Shown: positions 1 to 13,699 of the stretch, piece by piece
How the letters are laid out: the number at the start of each line of letters is the position of its first letter
Numbering within the stretch: the first letter of the stretch is position 1
NCBI RefSeq assembly: GCF_006345805.1
Contig: NC_043004.1
Coordinates: 77,996,001-78,060,000 of the forward strand
Origin: Octopus sinensis
Taxonomy: Eukaryota
Direction: 5' to 3'
Length of the DNA stretch: 64,000 nt
Translations under genes and position numbers: made by a program
The notes under the pieces: model-generated
Seen by the model: the letters and a program-made list of their open reading frames with translations, nothing else
Told to the model about the DNA's origin: nothing
Database searches by the model: none

Positions 1-951
1 GCATGGAAAAACTGATGTGATGACAATGTTGGCGATGGTGATGATGATGGTGGTGATATCGATGATGATGATGATGATGGTGATAGTATGGAGAAAATTT
101 AACACATTAGTTAAATGGCTTTTCTTCAAAGATATTTTGAGATCCAAATGGTAAAAAAAAGTTGACATAAAACAGAATCTCTTAGAAATATCTATAGAAG
201 TTCTTCTGGATTAATGTATTCCTTGCTCCTAAAAAAGGTCTAATCTCAATAAAAAGTTTAAGGAAGAACTACAGACATTCCTTGTTTGGTGAGGTGGTTT
301 CTCTGACACATAAATTTAATCAAATAACAAGGAGTTTTTTACTGCCTTTTCCCTTTTACATCAACACTTTCACTGCCAAGCACTATTAACCCTCACAAAC
401 ACTCCCACCCATCCACCCAAACCAACAGACAGCTATTAATTTAATATCCCTTTTTTATATATAGAAACACTCAGCATTTGTCAGTCAGCAAGGCTCTTAC
501 CCTGATCCCCAAGAACCCCTTATAGTTCTTCCCCACCCCGTCCCCTATTGTTCCTGCATTTAAATTCTCTTCTATTGTCATCAGTTCTCTTCCACAAAAA
601 TAATTTGTCTCTCTTAATTTACAACACTTTTCAAGAACCTTTTATCATTTTATGGGAGTAAATATCAAATAAGGATCTCCACTTTAAAATACCAGCTTTT
701 ATTTTATTTTATTTTTTGTTTTTTACTTGTTTCAGTCTGTAGACTGTGGCCATGCTGTGGCACCACCTTGAGGAATTTTTAGTCAAATCAACCAACCCCC
801 AGTACTTTTTCTTAAAACCTAGGACTTATTCTATCATTCTCTTTCACCGAACTGCTAAGTTACTGGGATGTAAACACACCAACACTGGTTGTGAAGTGGT
901 GGTGGTGGTGGAGTACAAACACACACATAACTATTTAACTATATATTTCAT

Positions 952-1053
952 TTCTCTGTCTGAAGAATTTCTTATCAGAAATTCCTAGCATGTCTATCTA
1001 ATATATAAAACTCTGTAATTCCTACTAGCAAATGAAACATGTGTAATGGAGGA
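952..1053 (+). ncRNA. Type I hammerhead ribozyme motif, degenerate long stem II (Penelope-like pLTR remnant)
   Basis: Stem I ttctctgt/atggagga; CTGAAGA 960-966; stem II atttcttatcagaaatt...aattcctactagcaaat; GAAA 1034-1037; stem III ACATGTGT; GUA site at 1045; AATAAA just downstream. Confidence 0.6.
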
Positions 1054-3519
1054 TAACTGATACCAATAAATTTTCTAATTTCCTGCCTTGTTACACACAT
1101 ATATATATATATATTCAGCAGCATGAGCACTGAGAAGTGTTTAGGCATAAGTAAAATTTAGATTAGCTAAAATATATTTGTGACATATTTCAACATCTAA
1201 AGTTGGAATTCACTGCACTTATTCCGAAGAAAAATTTCTCTCTTATGGTAAATGGTGTAAAAAAAACATCATATCTGCCCAGTGCTACCTGCTATCAGGT
1301 TCCCAGATATGTTCCTAGCTCTTTAGCCATTATCAATAGGAAATATGGAAGAGAGGTAACTCTGAGCAGATTTTAAAGCCATGGCTTTAACACAGGCAAC
1401 AATATTGACTGAGTTGCACTATCAGACTGCCAGCTCAGAAGAAATTCAGCAGTACCAGTGCCAAGCAGTGCTTAGGCATAAGCAAACTTTGTTGACTGTG
1501 TTTAGTTTAGAATAAAACCACAGATAGTATCATAGGAGGCACACTGTCCAATTGTCCCAGCAGCAAATTCAAAATGTGCTCAAAGACCAATGTGGTATAT
1601 GAGGTAGTCTGCAGTGTGTGTGTGTCTGTCTGCCTGTCTTTCTCTCTCTCTCTCCCTCCCCACCACCAGGAAATTGTACATTCAAATTGAAAAATATATG
1701 TGTACAGACACTTCGATCAAAAGACACCTTCAGAAGGGTCACACCTAGGATTTCAAGGGCCACTCAACATAGCAGGGATAGTCTCTGAGTCATGGAGGCC
1801 CTGTTACCAATGGACAGAAACCTGCCATTAATAACAGGAAGGAACGACCTGGAGCAGACTGGTCATTATAACAACATCAGTCTGTGCATGTTCCCTTCCT
1901 TCCCCAACAAATCTCAGCAATGACCTTTTCCATCCCTTGCTTTTCCGCATATCCTGAAGGAGGGGTCAGAGCACCAAAATTGATAAACATGAGGTAAAAT
2001 ATAAGGTATTTTGCTTTATTTTTGTGGTTTACTTTATATTTTCTTGCATTGTTCTGGCCTAACCCTACAAATCAGGTTGTGTGGTAAGAAGTTTGCTTCC
2101 CAACCACATGGTTCCAGGTTCAGTCCCACTGTGTGGCATCTTGGGCAAGTGTCTTCTACTACAGCTCTGGGCTGACCAAAGCCTTGTGAGTGGATTTAGT
2201 AGGCTGAAACTGAAAGAAGCTCATTGTATATATAACTCTGTATGTGTGTGTATGTGTGTGTATGTGTGTGTGTGTGTGTGTGAGAGAGAGAGTTACCCTA
2301 TTTCAGATCATTACCCCTCTTGAATGATGATGATGATGATGATGATGAGGTCAGTTTCAATGCTTTGTCCAAACAAAATTTATATGTCACTCCAAGACAA
2401 ATCAACATTAAACAATCAAATGTAATAAAACTTGTTCCATCTAGCATGGTACCATTTCTATAGAATCTACAGGGGCCTTCATTTTAAGGGATTATATCAA
2501 TAAAATACCTGTTCTTGCACTTTTTGGGATGGAAAAGAGAAACATAATAAGAGTTTAGAATCGATTTTCAACCACCAGAACAAACTGGGTCTGGCTTTTC
2601 TTTCTTTTATTGACAAAGATATGAGAAATGGTAAATTTTCAGCAGACATGCATTTCTGACAACTGGATTGTGATACAGTTAGAATCTGAATTCTAGCAAC
2701 AGTGGTGGCATCACCATGATCATCACCACTACCACCATCACCATGATCAATATGTGATATGTAAATTGAAAGCATACTAAAAAGTATAATTTTCATTAGT
2801 AGAGAGAGAAGGGGAGAGAGAGATAGATAGATATGAAAATAATAATAATAATAATAAATGGTAAAATAAATAGACAATAGTAAATATGTATTAAGTGAGG
2901 AATGACACAAAGCTTAAACACAATCATTTTGACTGAGTCAAGATTAAGCTTTAATCCCCGTAGAACAAACTAGCAGGAATTTCAGAACTGAAACTCTAAA
3001 AGGATTTTTCGCAAGATCTTCACAGAATTCAGTTAATAGAAAAATCTTTGAAAATATAAAATGGAAAAGAAGCACCAGAAATGTGTAGCAACGAATTACG
3101 AAGCTGACAGCAAGTTTTGAAAGAATGCTGAAACTGTCATTTGATGTTATAAACGAAATCAATATCAAAGTAAAAAGAGCAGAAAGTTCATAGTTAAGCC
3201 GCTTCTTGTGACGGAGATCTTTAATATCTCACATGTTGAAATATTTCTCTGTTGCTGTCAGTTTATTTGGCAATAAACTGAGATGAACCAATTCTAATTA
3301 ATTCCCAAAACAATCAGATTTCTGTTTGCTTCAGATAAGCGGTAATGGTACATTATGTCTTAAGCATCAAATAATCTTTGCTATAATAACAGCCGAGATA
3401 AATGTTTGTGGGTTAATTTTCATGTAGAAAGAGGAGGAGAGAATGAAAAAAAAAAAAGAGAGAGATGAAGAGATTTGACAGAAGAGAAGCAGCAGAGGAG
3501 GGGTCTTTAACTTTCTCTG

Positions 3520-3858
3520 ACGCTCCATCGGTTACAAAAACAACGTTGTTCCAGTCAATCCAGTCAATGCAACAGCCTGCTCGTGAAATTAATGTGTAAG
3601 TGGCTGAGAGCTCCACAGACATGTGTACCCTTAATGTACTTCTCAGGGAGATTCAGTGTGACTCAGAGTGTGATACAGAGTGTGACAAGGCTGGTCCCTT
3701 TGAATTATGGGTAAAACTTCTTTTTGCCAGACAAATGGACTAGAGGAACTTAAAGTGAAGTGTCTTGCTCAAGGACACAAAGCACCAATGGGAATTGAAC
3801 TCACAACCTTACCATAGTGAATTGAATACCTGAACTCCTAAGCCACACATCTTCACAT
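3520..3858 (-). mobile_element. tRNA-derived SINE, family C (others ~13428-13680, 15760-15890, 45436-45600, 54600-54780)
   Basis: tRNA-like head, tccttgagcaagacactt core, shared tail ccagccttgtcacactctg...ctccctgagaac...aagggta. Confidence 0.75.
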
Positions 3859-4337
3859 GTGTTTTATAACTTTCTGAAAAATGCATTTTTTTTTAAGTGA
3901 AATTTTGCAGAGATTGGGTTTCGATGAAGTAGATTTGTGATTATGGAGATAAACATTTAAAAAACAATAACATTCACCTTTGCAAATATACAAATAGGAA
4001 GTTTGCTAGAATTAATTCCAATTTCAGATAATATTTTTCTTTTGGAAATATCTATTTATTTCATTATTTTATATAAACACCAAGATATTTGATGAAAGTT
4101 AAATTATAATTAATTTACGTATGACATATTTCCTAACATTACCCTTAATTAATGTTCATGACAAAATAGAAAGGGATATAGCATCATAGTAGAAAGGCAG
4201 ACAAACCGCAAGCATGTATCTAACTAATACACTGTTCACTTTCCAGACATTGTACATTACTGCATATACTTTATACGCACTTTTGACAAGTTGTGGTGCA
4301 CCTGAGCACTGTATACAATAATTTCATTATTATTATT

Positions 4338-5129
4338 ATGATGTGGAACACAACTGGAGGTTTCTACGGGACAACCTACTGAGGGCCACTGACCAGATCT
4401 GTGGATGGTGCAATGGCCCCTCTCGATCCAAGGTAATGTGGTGGTGGAACAATGTTGATGACAGGGCTATTAGAGAAAATAAACAGACTTGGAAGGACTG
4501 GAAAAACGGTGGTAGCACGGAATTGTATCAGACTGCCAGAAGGGAAGCTAGAGGGCAGGTTTATAATGAGGGGAACTCATAAGTGGGTGTAACCAGCCCA
4601 CTTATGAGTACCTCTCATTTGTTGGACAATGAATTTTGCTTGTGAAGACCTATTGAGGCAACTGAAAACAAATAAAAATCACTGACGTGGGTGATGACAG
4701 TGCCGCCTGATTGGCACTCATGCCGATAGACTGTTAAAGGTATATCCGAGTGTGATTGTTGCCAGGGCCATGGATTAGCTCCTGTGCCGGTGACACGTGA
4801 AAAGCACCATTCAAGTGTGATCGTTGCCAGTGTCATCTTACCGAGACATGTGCCAGCGGCACGTGAAAAACAACATTCAAGCATGGTCGTTGCCAGTGTC
4901 ACCGGACTGGCTCCTGTGTAGGTAGCATGTAAAGACACCTTTTGAGTGTGGTCGTTGCCACAACCGCCTTACTGGCCCTCATGCCGGTGGCACGTAAAAA
5001 TCACCCACTACACTCTTGGAGTGGTTGGCATTAGGAAGGGCATCCAGCTGTAGAAACTTTGCCACCAGTCCTCTGTCAAACCGTCCAACCCATGCCAGCA
5101 TGGAAAGCGGACACTAAACGATGATGATA
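4338..5129 (+). mobile_element. Internally deleted RTE copy
   Basis: ORF piece NWRFLRDNLLRATDQICGWC...YQTARREAR (homologous to ~39530-39750) joined directly to an RTE 3' UTR ending ggaaagcggacactaaacgatgatgat. Confidence 0.88.
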
Positions 5130-6473
5130 ACATATTTCCTGATGTGACCCTTAATTAATGTACATATGCCATATTTCCTGATGTAACCTCATGGTGGGAA
5201 AAGAAAGCTTCCAAACTTAACCGTTATGTATTGAGTAACAATCTTAATATAACATCCAATCCACAATGTCTGCGATTCTGCAAAATCTATCGAACACCAA
5301 TAAGAAAGACGGCAGAGGGATTATAGCAATGCATTACAGTCTTTAATAACAGAGATCTGTAATTAGAATTTATCTCATTCAACACAGAGATGCAGATGTG
5401 GCTGTGAGGGTAAGAGGCTTGCTTCTCAACCACAAGGTCAGGGGTTCAGTCTCACTGCATGGCAGACTGGGAGAGTGATTTCAATTATAGCCCCTAGGTT
5501 GACCAAAGCCTTGGGAGTGGACATCATCATTGTCATTTAACATCTGTTTTTCCATGCTGGCATGAGTTGGACAGTTTGACAGGAGCTGGCAAGACTGGAG
5601 AGCTGCACCAGGCTCCAATTGTCTGTTTTGGCATGGTTTCTATGGCTGGATGCCCTTCCTGATGCCAACCACTTTACAGAGTGGACTGGGTGCTTTTTAT
5701 GTGGCACCATGGAAACTGTGTGTGTGTCCCGATCACTGCTTGATAACCAGTGTTGGTTTGTTTATGTCCCCATGACTTAGCAATAAAATAAATACCAAAC
5801 TTTAAAAAAATGCTAAGTCCTGGGACCAATTCATTTGATTAAACCTTTCAAGGTGGTGCTCCAGTATGGCTACAGAGAAATGACTGAAACAAGTAAAAAA
5901 ACAAAGTGGTTGGGAATCTAAGTAAATTAACTTTCCTTGTTAATTAACATCGTTTAATGTGAACAATGAATCCAGTATCAACAAAGACAAAACAGACTAT
6001 GATTCATTCATTTTACTTCTGTTTTTTTTTCCATGGTAGCATGGGTTAGATAAATACATTACAGGGATATTATTTGACCACTGGATGCTTTTCCTGCTGC
6101 TAACCTTTATCTTTTTCCCAAGCGAGGGATTTCTTACTTCACACAACAAAGATGCAAACCAAACAGAGTATTTATTGCAAGAGTGGTAAGAAGCTTGCTT
6201 CTCATCCACATGGTTCTGGGTTCAGTCCCACTGTGTGGCACATTGGGCAAGTGTCTTCAACTATAGCCTTGGACCAACCAAAACCTTGAGACAGGATTTG
6301 GTAGATGGAAACTGAAAGAAGCCCATCATATATAAATATTTATACATGTGTGCCTGTATCTGACTTTGTCCCTACAACCACTTGATAACCAATGCTGGTT
6401 TGTTTATATCTCCATAACTTAGTGGTTCAGCGAAAGAGACCAATAGAATAAGTAACAAGCTTTAAAAAATAAA

Positions 6474-6890
6474 GGATCTTTTCAGTTTGAAAGGCAGTTT
6501 TTTCTAGCGGTGTCATATGAAATTGTCACCCATAATTATGACCCTAGTATCGATCTATTGCATTCCAATCTGTTTTAGGGTTAGGGTTAGGGGTGGAGGG
6601 AAGGGTATCTTTTTTTCTTCACAAATGTAAATAAACCCAATCTGTTTCTTAAATGAGGGACATATTCATACGGCACAGAATGTTTTTTACCTCAATAGAT
6701 GTCAGTGATTGGTTGAAATTGCAGAAATTGAAGAAAAAAAACAACAGATATCTTACAAACTATAGAATTTTCTCAATAAAGCCAAGAGAAAAAGATGTTT
6801 TATAAACACATTCTACCAGTATACGAAGTTTAAAATTTTTTAGTTGCCTAGAAATTATGTTAAAAACTGCTGTTCAAACCGAAAAGATCC
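6474..6890. mobile_element. MITE (possibly Merlin-like) inserted in a SINE
   Basis: About 29-bp TIRs ggatcttttcagtttgaaaggcagttttt / aaaaactgctgttcaaaccgaaaagatcc; 8-bp TSD aaaataaa/aaaataag; internal (TTAGGG)3. Confidence 0.82.
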
Positions 6891-7733
6891 AAAATAAGTA
6901 CTAGGTTCGATTCATTCAACTAAATAAATTCAAGGTGGTGCCCCAGCATGGCCATAGTCTAATGACTGAAACAAATAAAGGATAAAAGGTTGACAGATGT
7001 GACGACGATGAATGCCATTCATAAGTTTGTGACTTTCGTTGAGTTCAGCTGTAAAACACACACACACACACACACAGAGGCTTCTTTTGGTGTTCATTTA
7101 CCAAATCCACTCACAAGACTTTGGTTAAAACCACGATTTACAACAAAGGATTAAACATCACCTGGAAATGTTCAATGTTATCGAAAGATACAAAGAGACA
7201 AATAATGGACAGCAGAGTAGAAGGACCATTCCATGTGAGAGCAACTCAAACCAGTTCAGCTGTTCTCTTTCGATATAACCTCACACACAAATTTTTAAGA
7301 ACCGTATTCGGTCTTCAACAATTAGAGGTCGGACAGTAAGTCAACATTTATGCCAGACATAGTAATAACAGCCATTCTTGAGGTTCTAAGGTCATTCAAA
7401 ACTGTTCTTCCCCGTTTAACATAAAGTTTGACTTCTGACATTTAAAAAAGACAAACACAATTTGTAGGATTCCTATCCCTGGGGTGGGACTGCGGTGGAG
7501 AGAGAAAGCTAAGCTATTCTTACTTCCGGTTCTGGTCTGTTTTTATTATTATTATTAACAATTCTACCAGTTCGCCACCTTTGATAATAATAATGATGAT
7601 GATAAATTATTATCATTATTATTACTACTATTATTATTATTATTACTACTATTATTATTATCATTATTACTATTATTATTATCATTATTACTATTATTAT
7701 TATCATTATTACTATTATTATTATCATTATTAC

Positions 7734-7768
<35 letters not shown>

Positions 7769-9099
7769 GTTTGGCTTTTGCTTTGTACAAGTTGGCTCCA
7801 CCCAGAGACATAAAGAGACAACAAGTTGTTGCTGTTATTATTATTTTTAAATTTTTGGCTTAGGGCCATCAGTTTTTTGGGTGGAAGATGCAAGTTGATT
7901 ACATCAACCCCCATTGCTCGACTGGTATTTATTTTAAGTACCCAGAATGGATGAAAACAAAGTCAACCTCAGTTGAATTTGAACTCAGAACCTAGAGACG
8001 CACAAAATGCATTAATAAGCAGTTGTGCTCTTTTATCTCCAGTAGAAAACACACACACACTCTTTGATTCTTCATCTGGTTCCAGTCATTAGCCTTCAAA
8101 GGTTTGGTGCCTTTTATCAACTCCTGGAATTTGTCTGGAACCTATTTTACTAACCTCAGAAGTTAAGAAAGCTGACCCGGGTTGGATTTGAACTTAGGAA
8201 ACTCCTTGGTTCACATTTCCTGTCATAACATCTGTTTGTTCCCACCAAGCCTTCCTTTACCTGCATTTGTATTTCACTGGAAACCCCCCTACACACACAT
8301 AAAACCACCACTTCCACTACCACCATTATCACCACCCACCACACCTCATGTCATCTCATAAAAAAAAAACCCACACAAACTCAATGACTCATCAAAAATG
8401 TGAACAAAATGGAAGAAAGCATTGTTTCCTTAAGCGAATGTTGTGTGTTTGTGTCTTCTAAATATTAGTTCAAACTAAAAGACAAACACTGCTACATCTA
8501 AGCAAACCAGTTCCTGCTTAGTTCTCTTGCATGCATGTATGTATAATCACTGTGTATATATAATCGCTGTGTATGTACACAATCACATTATGTATATATA
8601 ATAACAGATCTGAAAATCCAAAACTAATTCATAACTATATTCATAATCTATATTGAAGATTTCTTTTCCAAATGAAGATTGATTATTTTTGCAGTAAAAT
8701 GATTCGTCACAATAAGAATATTGAAGCTATTTTTAAAGTAATTACAAATTTTTGGTCTAGAGGTATGATTCTTGCTTTGGATGTTGAGAGGTCCCAGGTT
8801 CATATCCTGGATGAGCATGTGTGTTTATTTTTCAAGGTGGTGCCTCAGCATAGCCACAGTCTGAAACAAGTAAAAGAATCTAAAAACAAACATGATTATA
8901 TACCACTACAGACCTATTATACACCTCAAAGAATTGACCAGACCATCAGATGCAGTTAAAAGATGAGGGATGAAACACCCATGTTTCCAGGAGTGAATCA
9001 TTCAAACCCCAAAGAAACCCTCTCAACACATAACTACAATGTTCCCCCCGCACTACTGCTCATGCTCAGAGATACACATATATGTTCCCAATTCTGTCT

Positions 9100-9282
9100 T
9101 GATTGCATCTTTCTTTTACATCTTGACCGAAATCGCTTAACCAAATCATCTTCCCATCATCATGGATGCCTTCCAAGTGGCCTTAGTCTCTTGGATGCCA
9201 CTCAGCAACTGTATAGATCCACCTGTTGTTTGTGAATCTTGTAACATGTCAGGACCAGAGGTATTTGTGCTTTCGACAACAT
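9100..9282 (-). mobile_element. Old RTE-type LINE C-terminal fragment (different family)
   Basis: Decayed W..HVTRFTNNRWIYTVAEWHPRD.RPLGR.P..WEDD. Confidence 0.65.
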
Positions 9283-9602
9283 ATCATCATCATCATTATT
9301 GTTTAATGTCCGCTTTTCATGCTGGCATGAGTTGGACGGTTTGACTGGGAACTGGCAAGCCAGAAGGCTGCACCAGGCTCCAACCTAATCTGACAAAGTT
9401 TCTACAGCTGGATGCCCTTCCTAACGCCAACCACTCCGAGAGTGTAGTGGATGGTTTTACGTGCCACCGGCACGAATGCCAGTCAGGTGGTACTGGCAAC
9501 GACCATACTCAAAGGTGTTTTCTTACGTGCCAGTCTGGTGGCAGGGTGTTAGATGATGATGATATATATCATTATATATAATTACAAACATATATTAAGT
9601 AT

Positions 9603-10640
9603 AACAAGAGCACTCAGAGAGTGCAAACCTCCACCAAGGCAATACCAATCTCCTTTCAATGATTAACCGGAGATGATTTTTAAAATGAGAATATGGGAAA
9701 TAAACTCAACTGCTCTCACAAACAAAAATACTAAAAATGAAGCTGACCACTCTCAAAAATTAAGTAAAAAACAAGTGGAAATATAATCTAGAATCGTTGT
9801 TCAGTACCTGATCAATCCCAATGGTAGTCATGGAATGTGAAAATGGGTGTGTGGGCCGTGTTTGTAATGCTGGGTGTGTCGTCTGCAGTGGGAACAGGGA
9901 CAGTTTTCTCTAAGAAGGCCTTTTTTTAGTCTATCCACTATAGTGTCATAATTGCCATTGAGGTCTATAGTGGAAAATTTATCCGTGCGTGAAAGAAAAC
10001 AGAAAAGACCTGCATATGGTGTTGTTAACAGAGGTTTAGCAACACCGTTGCGCACAAAAAATATGAGTCCAAAAAGTAAAGCTTCCTTCAAAGCAGAGCT
10101 AGAAATACAATTGTCAAGTAGGTAAGAGGCTTTAAACAGGAGCAATATATTCAAAATTGGTAAAACTAAAAATTATTGAGGATAATTAAATTTATTATTG
10201 TTACTGAATATGTTAGTGTTATTTAATTTCTGAATGGTTTTGCTGCCGTTTGTTTATGTAGTTTGATTTCTTTATCCATCAGCTTCTACTAAGATAGAGA
10301 TGCAAGTAAAATTAATAATAGAGAAAAGAAAATAAAACTTTGGAAACAACAAAGCCGCCATAACTTGTGTGGAAACCACGAGCGTGCTTTCAAGGGAGAT
10401 AATCAGAGAAAGACTTGAAAGTGAAAGTAAGATCATAATACTTCATGTAAAGTAAAGTAAATATAACAAATAATCCAGAATCCTTGTCCGGTACCGGATC
10501 GATCCCAAAATCTAATCAGTTTGTGCCAGTCATGCCAAACATCCCTGAAAGTTTCATCCGAATCCATCCAGCAGTTGGACAAACACAAACAAATACAACT
10601 GAAAACAATACCTCCACCTTCGCTAGGGCAGAGGTAATTA
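9603..10640. mobile_element. Helentron-associated (HINE/DINE-like) element interrupted by an unassigned ~620-bp insert (~9828-10447)
   Basis: Terminal hairpins gcactc-aga-gagtgc and acctccacctt...agggcagaggt; internal core repeated at ~9783-9820 and ~10470-10510. Confidence 0.4.
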
Positions 10641-11187
10641 TCTTTTACTTGTTTCGGTCATTGGACCATGGTCATGCTGGAGTACCACCTTGAAGGGTTT
10701 TGTTACAATGAATCAACCCCAGCAGTTACTTTTTTCAAAGCCTGGTACTTATTCTAACTTAAATTCTGAACTGCAAAGTCACAGGGAATGTAAAGAAACC
10801 AACACCGGTTGTCAAGAGGTGGGGGAGGGGGCGCAAACACACACACACACAACAGCCTTCTTTCAGTTTCCATCAACCAAATCCACTTAGAAGGCTTTGG
10901 TTGGCCTGGAGCTATAGTAAAAGACACTTGCCCAAGATACCATACAGTGGGACCGAACCTGGAACCATGTAGTTGGGAAGCAAACCTCTTCCCACACAGC
11001 CACATAATGAAACAGAGGAGAGGGGAAGAACAAAGGGGAGGCAACAATGTAAGAAAGATATCAATATTAAGGTTAGAGAGAAGAGATAAAAAAAACAACA
11101 GTTCTAGAAATGGGACTGGAATGAAAGGAGGGAGGGGTTAAATCTGAGATGGCAAAGGGGGTTTTTAATATCTACAGTCTGCCCGAG

Positions 11188-11402
11188 GGGGTGAGCTGGC
11201 AGAATCGTTAACACAGCAGGCAAAATGCTTGGCAGCATTTCCTCTGACTTCACATTCTAAGTTCAAATTCCACCAAGGTCAACTTTGCCTTTCATACTTT
11301 TGAGGCTGATAAAATAAGTACCAGCTGCATACCGGGGTCAATGTAATCGACTTACTCTCTCCTCCCAAAATTGTCGGCCTTGTGCCAAAATCTGAAATCA
11401 AT
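11188..11402 (+). mobile_element. Nin/Deu-domain-like SINE, family B (others ~7845-8025, 15530-15680, 25302-25685, 26346-26770, 35378-35590, 54005-54140, 57580-57990)
   Basis: A/B-box head plus tttgcctttcatcctttcggggtcgataaaataagtaccag, resembling the Nin domain; tail ggccttgtgccaaaatttgaaac. Confidence 0.75.
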
Positions 11403-12069
11403 ACCTGTTGTCTGCCTAGGAAGATAAAGGTCCCAATCGGTGCAGGTAGAGCAGTGAGGTTAAGAGGTTCACTCCATGAAAACATCATTCCAGGTTCAAT
11501 CCCATTGAGTGGCCGTGTGAGCCGTTTGGCAATGCAAGTGCCTGCTCTCATAACAGAAGCTTGATCAGTGCCTTACGATTAGAATCTGACACCATATTAT
11601 TAGAATTACTGTGCCTAAGTGAAATAGTACTGTAACTGGCAATGCCCCAGCATGGCCTCAGCATTCAGGCTGAAACACATAAATCATACATATATCGTGT
11701 GTGTATGTGTGTGTGTGTTTCACTGATGCACATTGGCAAAGAATATCAAGACTGGTGAGGAAAATGACAAACTGGTGACTTGTAAGCAAAACACTTGGAA
11801 ATATTTGCTCTGCATCAATTTACAAACACTCCCCTCTCACTGTCACTGTCATAAATGCAGTGAACTAATGACAAGCTCATTAGAAACCAGTAAACCGATG
11901 ATACCATTGTGCACAAATTGCAATAAATAAACAAATACTTCAATAAGTAAACAAATAAATAAATGTTAGTATCAACCAAAAAAAAAAATTATAGTTGTTT
12001 TGTTTAACTCTTCAGTGTGTGTGTGTGTGCATTACAATTACATACATACATCCACCCATACACACAAAC

Positions 12070-12139
12070 AATATATATATATATATATATGTATGGATAT
12101 GTATCTATCTGTATGTGTATGTACACATACACAACGCAC

Positions 12140-12204
<65 letters not shown>

Positions 12205-12226
12205 ATATATATAATATATATGTATG

Positions 12227-12273
<47 letters not shown>

Positions 12274-12376
12274 ATATATATATATATATAATATATATAT
12301 ATTATATATATATATATATATATAATATATATATATATTATATATATATATATATTATATATATATATATATATAT
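12070..12376. repeat. Long (TA)n-rich microsatellite (other simple repeats: (TTA)n 7585-7766, (AAT)n 25686-25740, GA-rich 35642-35880, (CAC/TAC)n 63530-63650)
   Basis: Directly visible simple repeats. Confidence 0.95.
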
Positions 12377-12983
12377 TCAGGTCATTTCATGATTCTCTTT
12401 AAGGTTTAAAGGCAAAAAAGTAAAAAAAAAAAAGAGATAGATAAAATTTATAAAATAAAAGACAATAAGAGGAAATTTCTTTGAAGGTTTTTTTTCCTTT
12501 CCTCGTCTTCCTTGTCATGCCACCGTGTTTCGTGATAAACCATAAGTTCTTATTTAAAATCATTAAATACTGAAATGACAAAGAACATGTTTTTCGGCAA
12601 CCATTCCTGGTTTACCTTTCTTTCAAAACAATAGTTCCATTCAAGGTTAATTTGATCCTTGCGGGGCCCATATAAGTATTTTGTCTTTAAATTCTATGGT
12701 TAATAAATTGGCAATTTTTCATACTATGTGGCCATGCTGGGGCACTACCTTGAAGAACTTCAGTCAAATAAATCAAACCTAGTACTCTTTTTTTTTTTTA
12801 TAATCCTGGTGCTTATTTTATCAATTTCTTTTGCTGAACCCACGAAATTATGGGGGGATGTAAACACACCAACACTGGTTGTCAAGTGGTGGTGGAGAAC
12901 AAACACGTACAAATACACACATACATATAAGTGTGTGTGCGTGTGTGTGTATATTTAGATAGATAGATAGATAGATAGATAGA

Positions 12984-13412
12984 TATGTTTCTTTATTAGC
13001 CAAACAGGGCTGCACATAGACAGGACAGATTACAAAGTAGAGCTTTTCTTTTTGGGGAGAGAAAAAAAAAAGTGGGGTAGGTTTTCGATCAAAAGGGGTC
13101 ATAAAAGGGAAAGAAAAAAAGAAAAAAAAGGAAAAAAGAAAAAACGATCAATAGGGATCGTGTATCAGAAATGTTATGATGTAAAGTGTAAAGGAGGAAG
13201 CAGATAAGGTTTATCCATGGAAAGAAAAGCCTACGGAAAAGACCACGGTAACCTCGGTCAATAATGTTACATGTTACCACATTTGTTTGCAAGTAAGTAA
13301 CCCTCTGTTTTAAATTTTTCCAGGTTCATAGGATTATGCTCAAGGTGGCTTTGTCATTCATACGTGCCATCCTTGCTACATTCACCCATCTTTTTTTGAA
13401 ACATTCGCTAAG
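12984..13412 (-). mobile_element. LINE 3' end, possibly Tx1/L1-like
   Basis: ORF end LSECFKKRWVNVARMARMNDKATLSIIL*, T-rich 3' UTR, AATAAA, terminating in (ATCT)n. Confidence 0.45.
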
Positions 13413-13699
13413 ATATAAGCACACAATGGGCTTGGTGGTTAGAGTTTTGGGCTCACAATCGTAAGGTCATGAGTTCAATACCTGGCAACACACTGTCCTT
13501 GAGCAAGACACTTTATTCTATGTTGTTCCAGTACACTCATAAACATGAGTAATACTTGTAAGCCAAAGGGCCAGCCTTGTTACATTCTGGGTCATGCTCA
13601 AACTCCGTGAGAACTATGTTAAGGGTATGCATGTCTGTGGAATACTCAGCCACTTGCATGTTAGTTTTATGAGCAGGTTATTGTATATATATATACATC

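Noticed and set aside
2497-3350. Candidate location of the next dystrobrevin exon (expected YIFSxISD...GPSFG-like)
   Set aside because: No matching translation found by eye here or elsewhere in 1-16067; the exon is probably outside the window.
7121-7339. 72-aa plus-strand ORF ending near a GTAAGT
   Set aside because: No recognisable homology or acceptor; the minus strand also does not encode the next expected dystrobrevin exon.
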